Assembly (NCBI GenBank): GCA_002633005.1
Contig: NMRA01000257.1
Coordinates: 258,566-322,565 of the forward strand
From: Phoronis australis
Taxonomy: Eukaryota; Animalia; Phoronida
Direction: 5' to 3'
Length of the DNA stretch: 64,000 nucleotides
A model generated the notes under the pieces. The model searched no databases. It was not told where the DNA came from and worked only from the letters and a program-made list of their open reading frames with translations. Both the position numbers and the translations under genes were made by a program. The first letter of the stretch is position 1. Each line of letters begins with the position of its first letter. Positions 63,949 through 64,000 of this stretch are shown in pieces.

Positions 63949-64000
63949 CAGGGGCGGATCTACGTTTTCAGTAAGGGGGGGTTTAGGATTCCCGCAAAGG
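63949..64000 (+). mobile_element. Left end of a hAT-type MITE, cut by the window edge
   Basis: CAGGGGCGGATCTA followed by a G run, a common animal hAT-MITE terminus; the other end is not visible. Confidence 0.45.

Overview
Intron-rich, AT-rich animal genomic DNA, probably from an invertebrate bilaterian; the species cannot be determined from sequence alone. I reconstructed four genes by hand. (1) A minus-strand PDZ-PH-PH scaffold gene, PDZPH1-like (947-13824, 10 coding exons, about 612 aa). (2) A complete minus-strand RPS8 (21999-27707, 6 exons, 208 aa) with a TOP/TCT promoter and three intronic box C/D snoRNAs: a SNORD46 orthologue and two paralogous dual-guide snoRNAs. (3) A plus-strand four-TM MS4A/CD20-like gene (30392-37503, or ending at 35211). 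(4) A minus-strand 7-exon gene (44615-57239) for a secreted, probably GPI-anchored protein of about 2,753 aa. In this protein a very large Met/Trp-rich, heavily N-glycosylated region appears to be inserted inside the first of two six-cysteine modules; it is the most unusual object in the window. Mobile DNA includes a TRIM whose LTRs carry a tRNA-like Pol III promoter and which has a tRNA-Ser primer-binding site, several MITEs, a long foldback in RPS8 intron 1, tRNA-derived SINE heads and CR1/L2-type LINE remnants. All exon models are manual and need RNA-seq confirmation.
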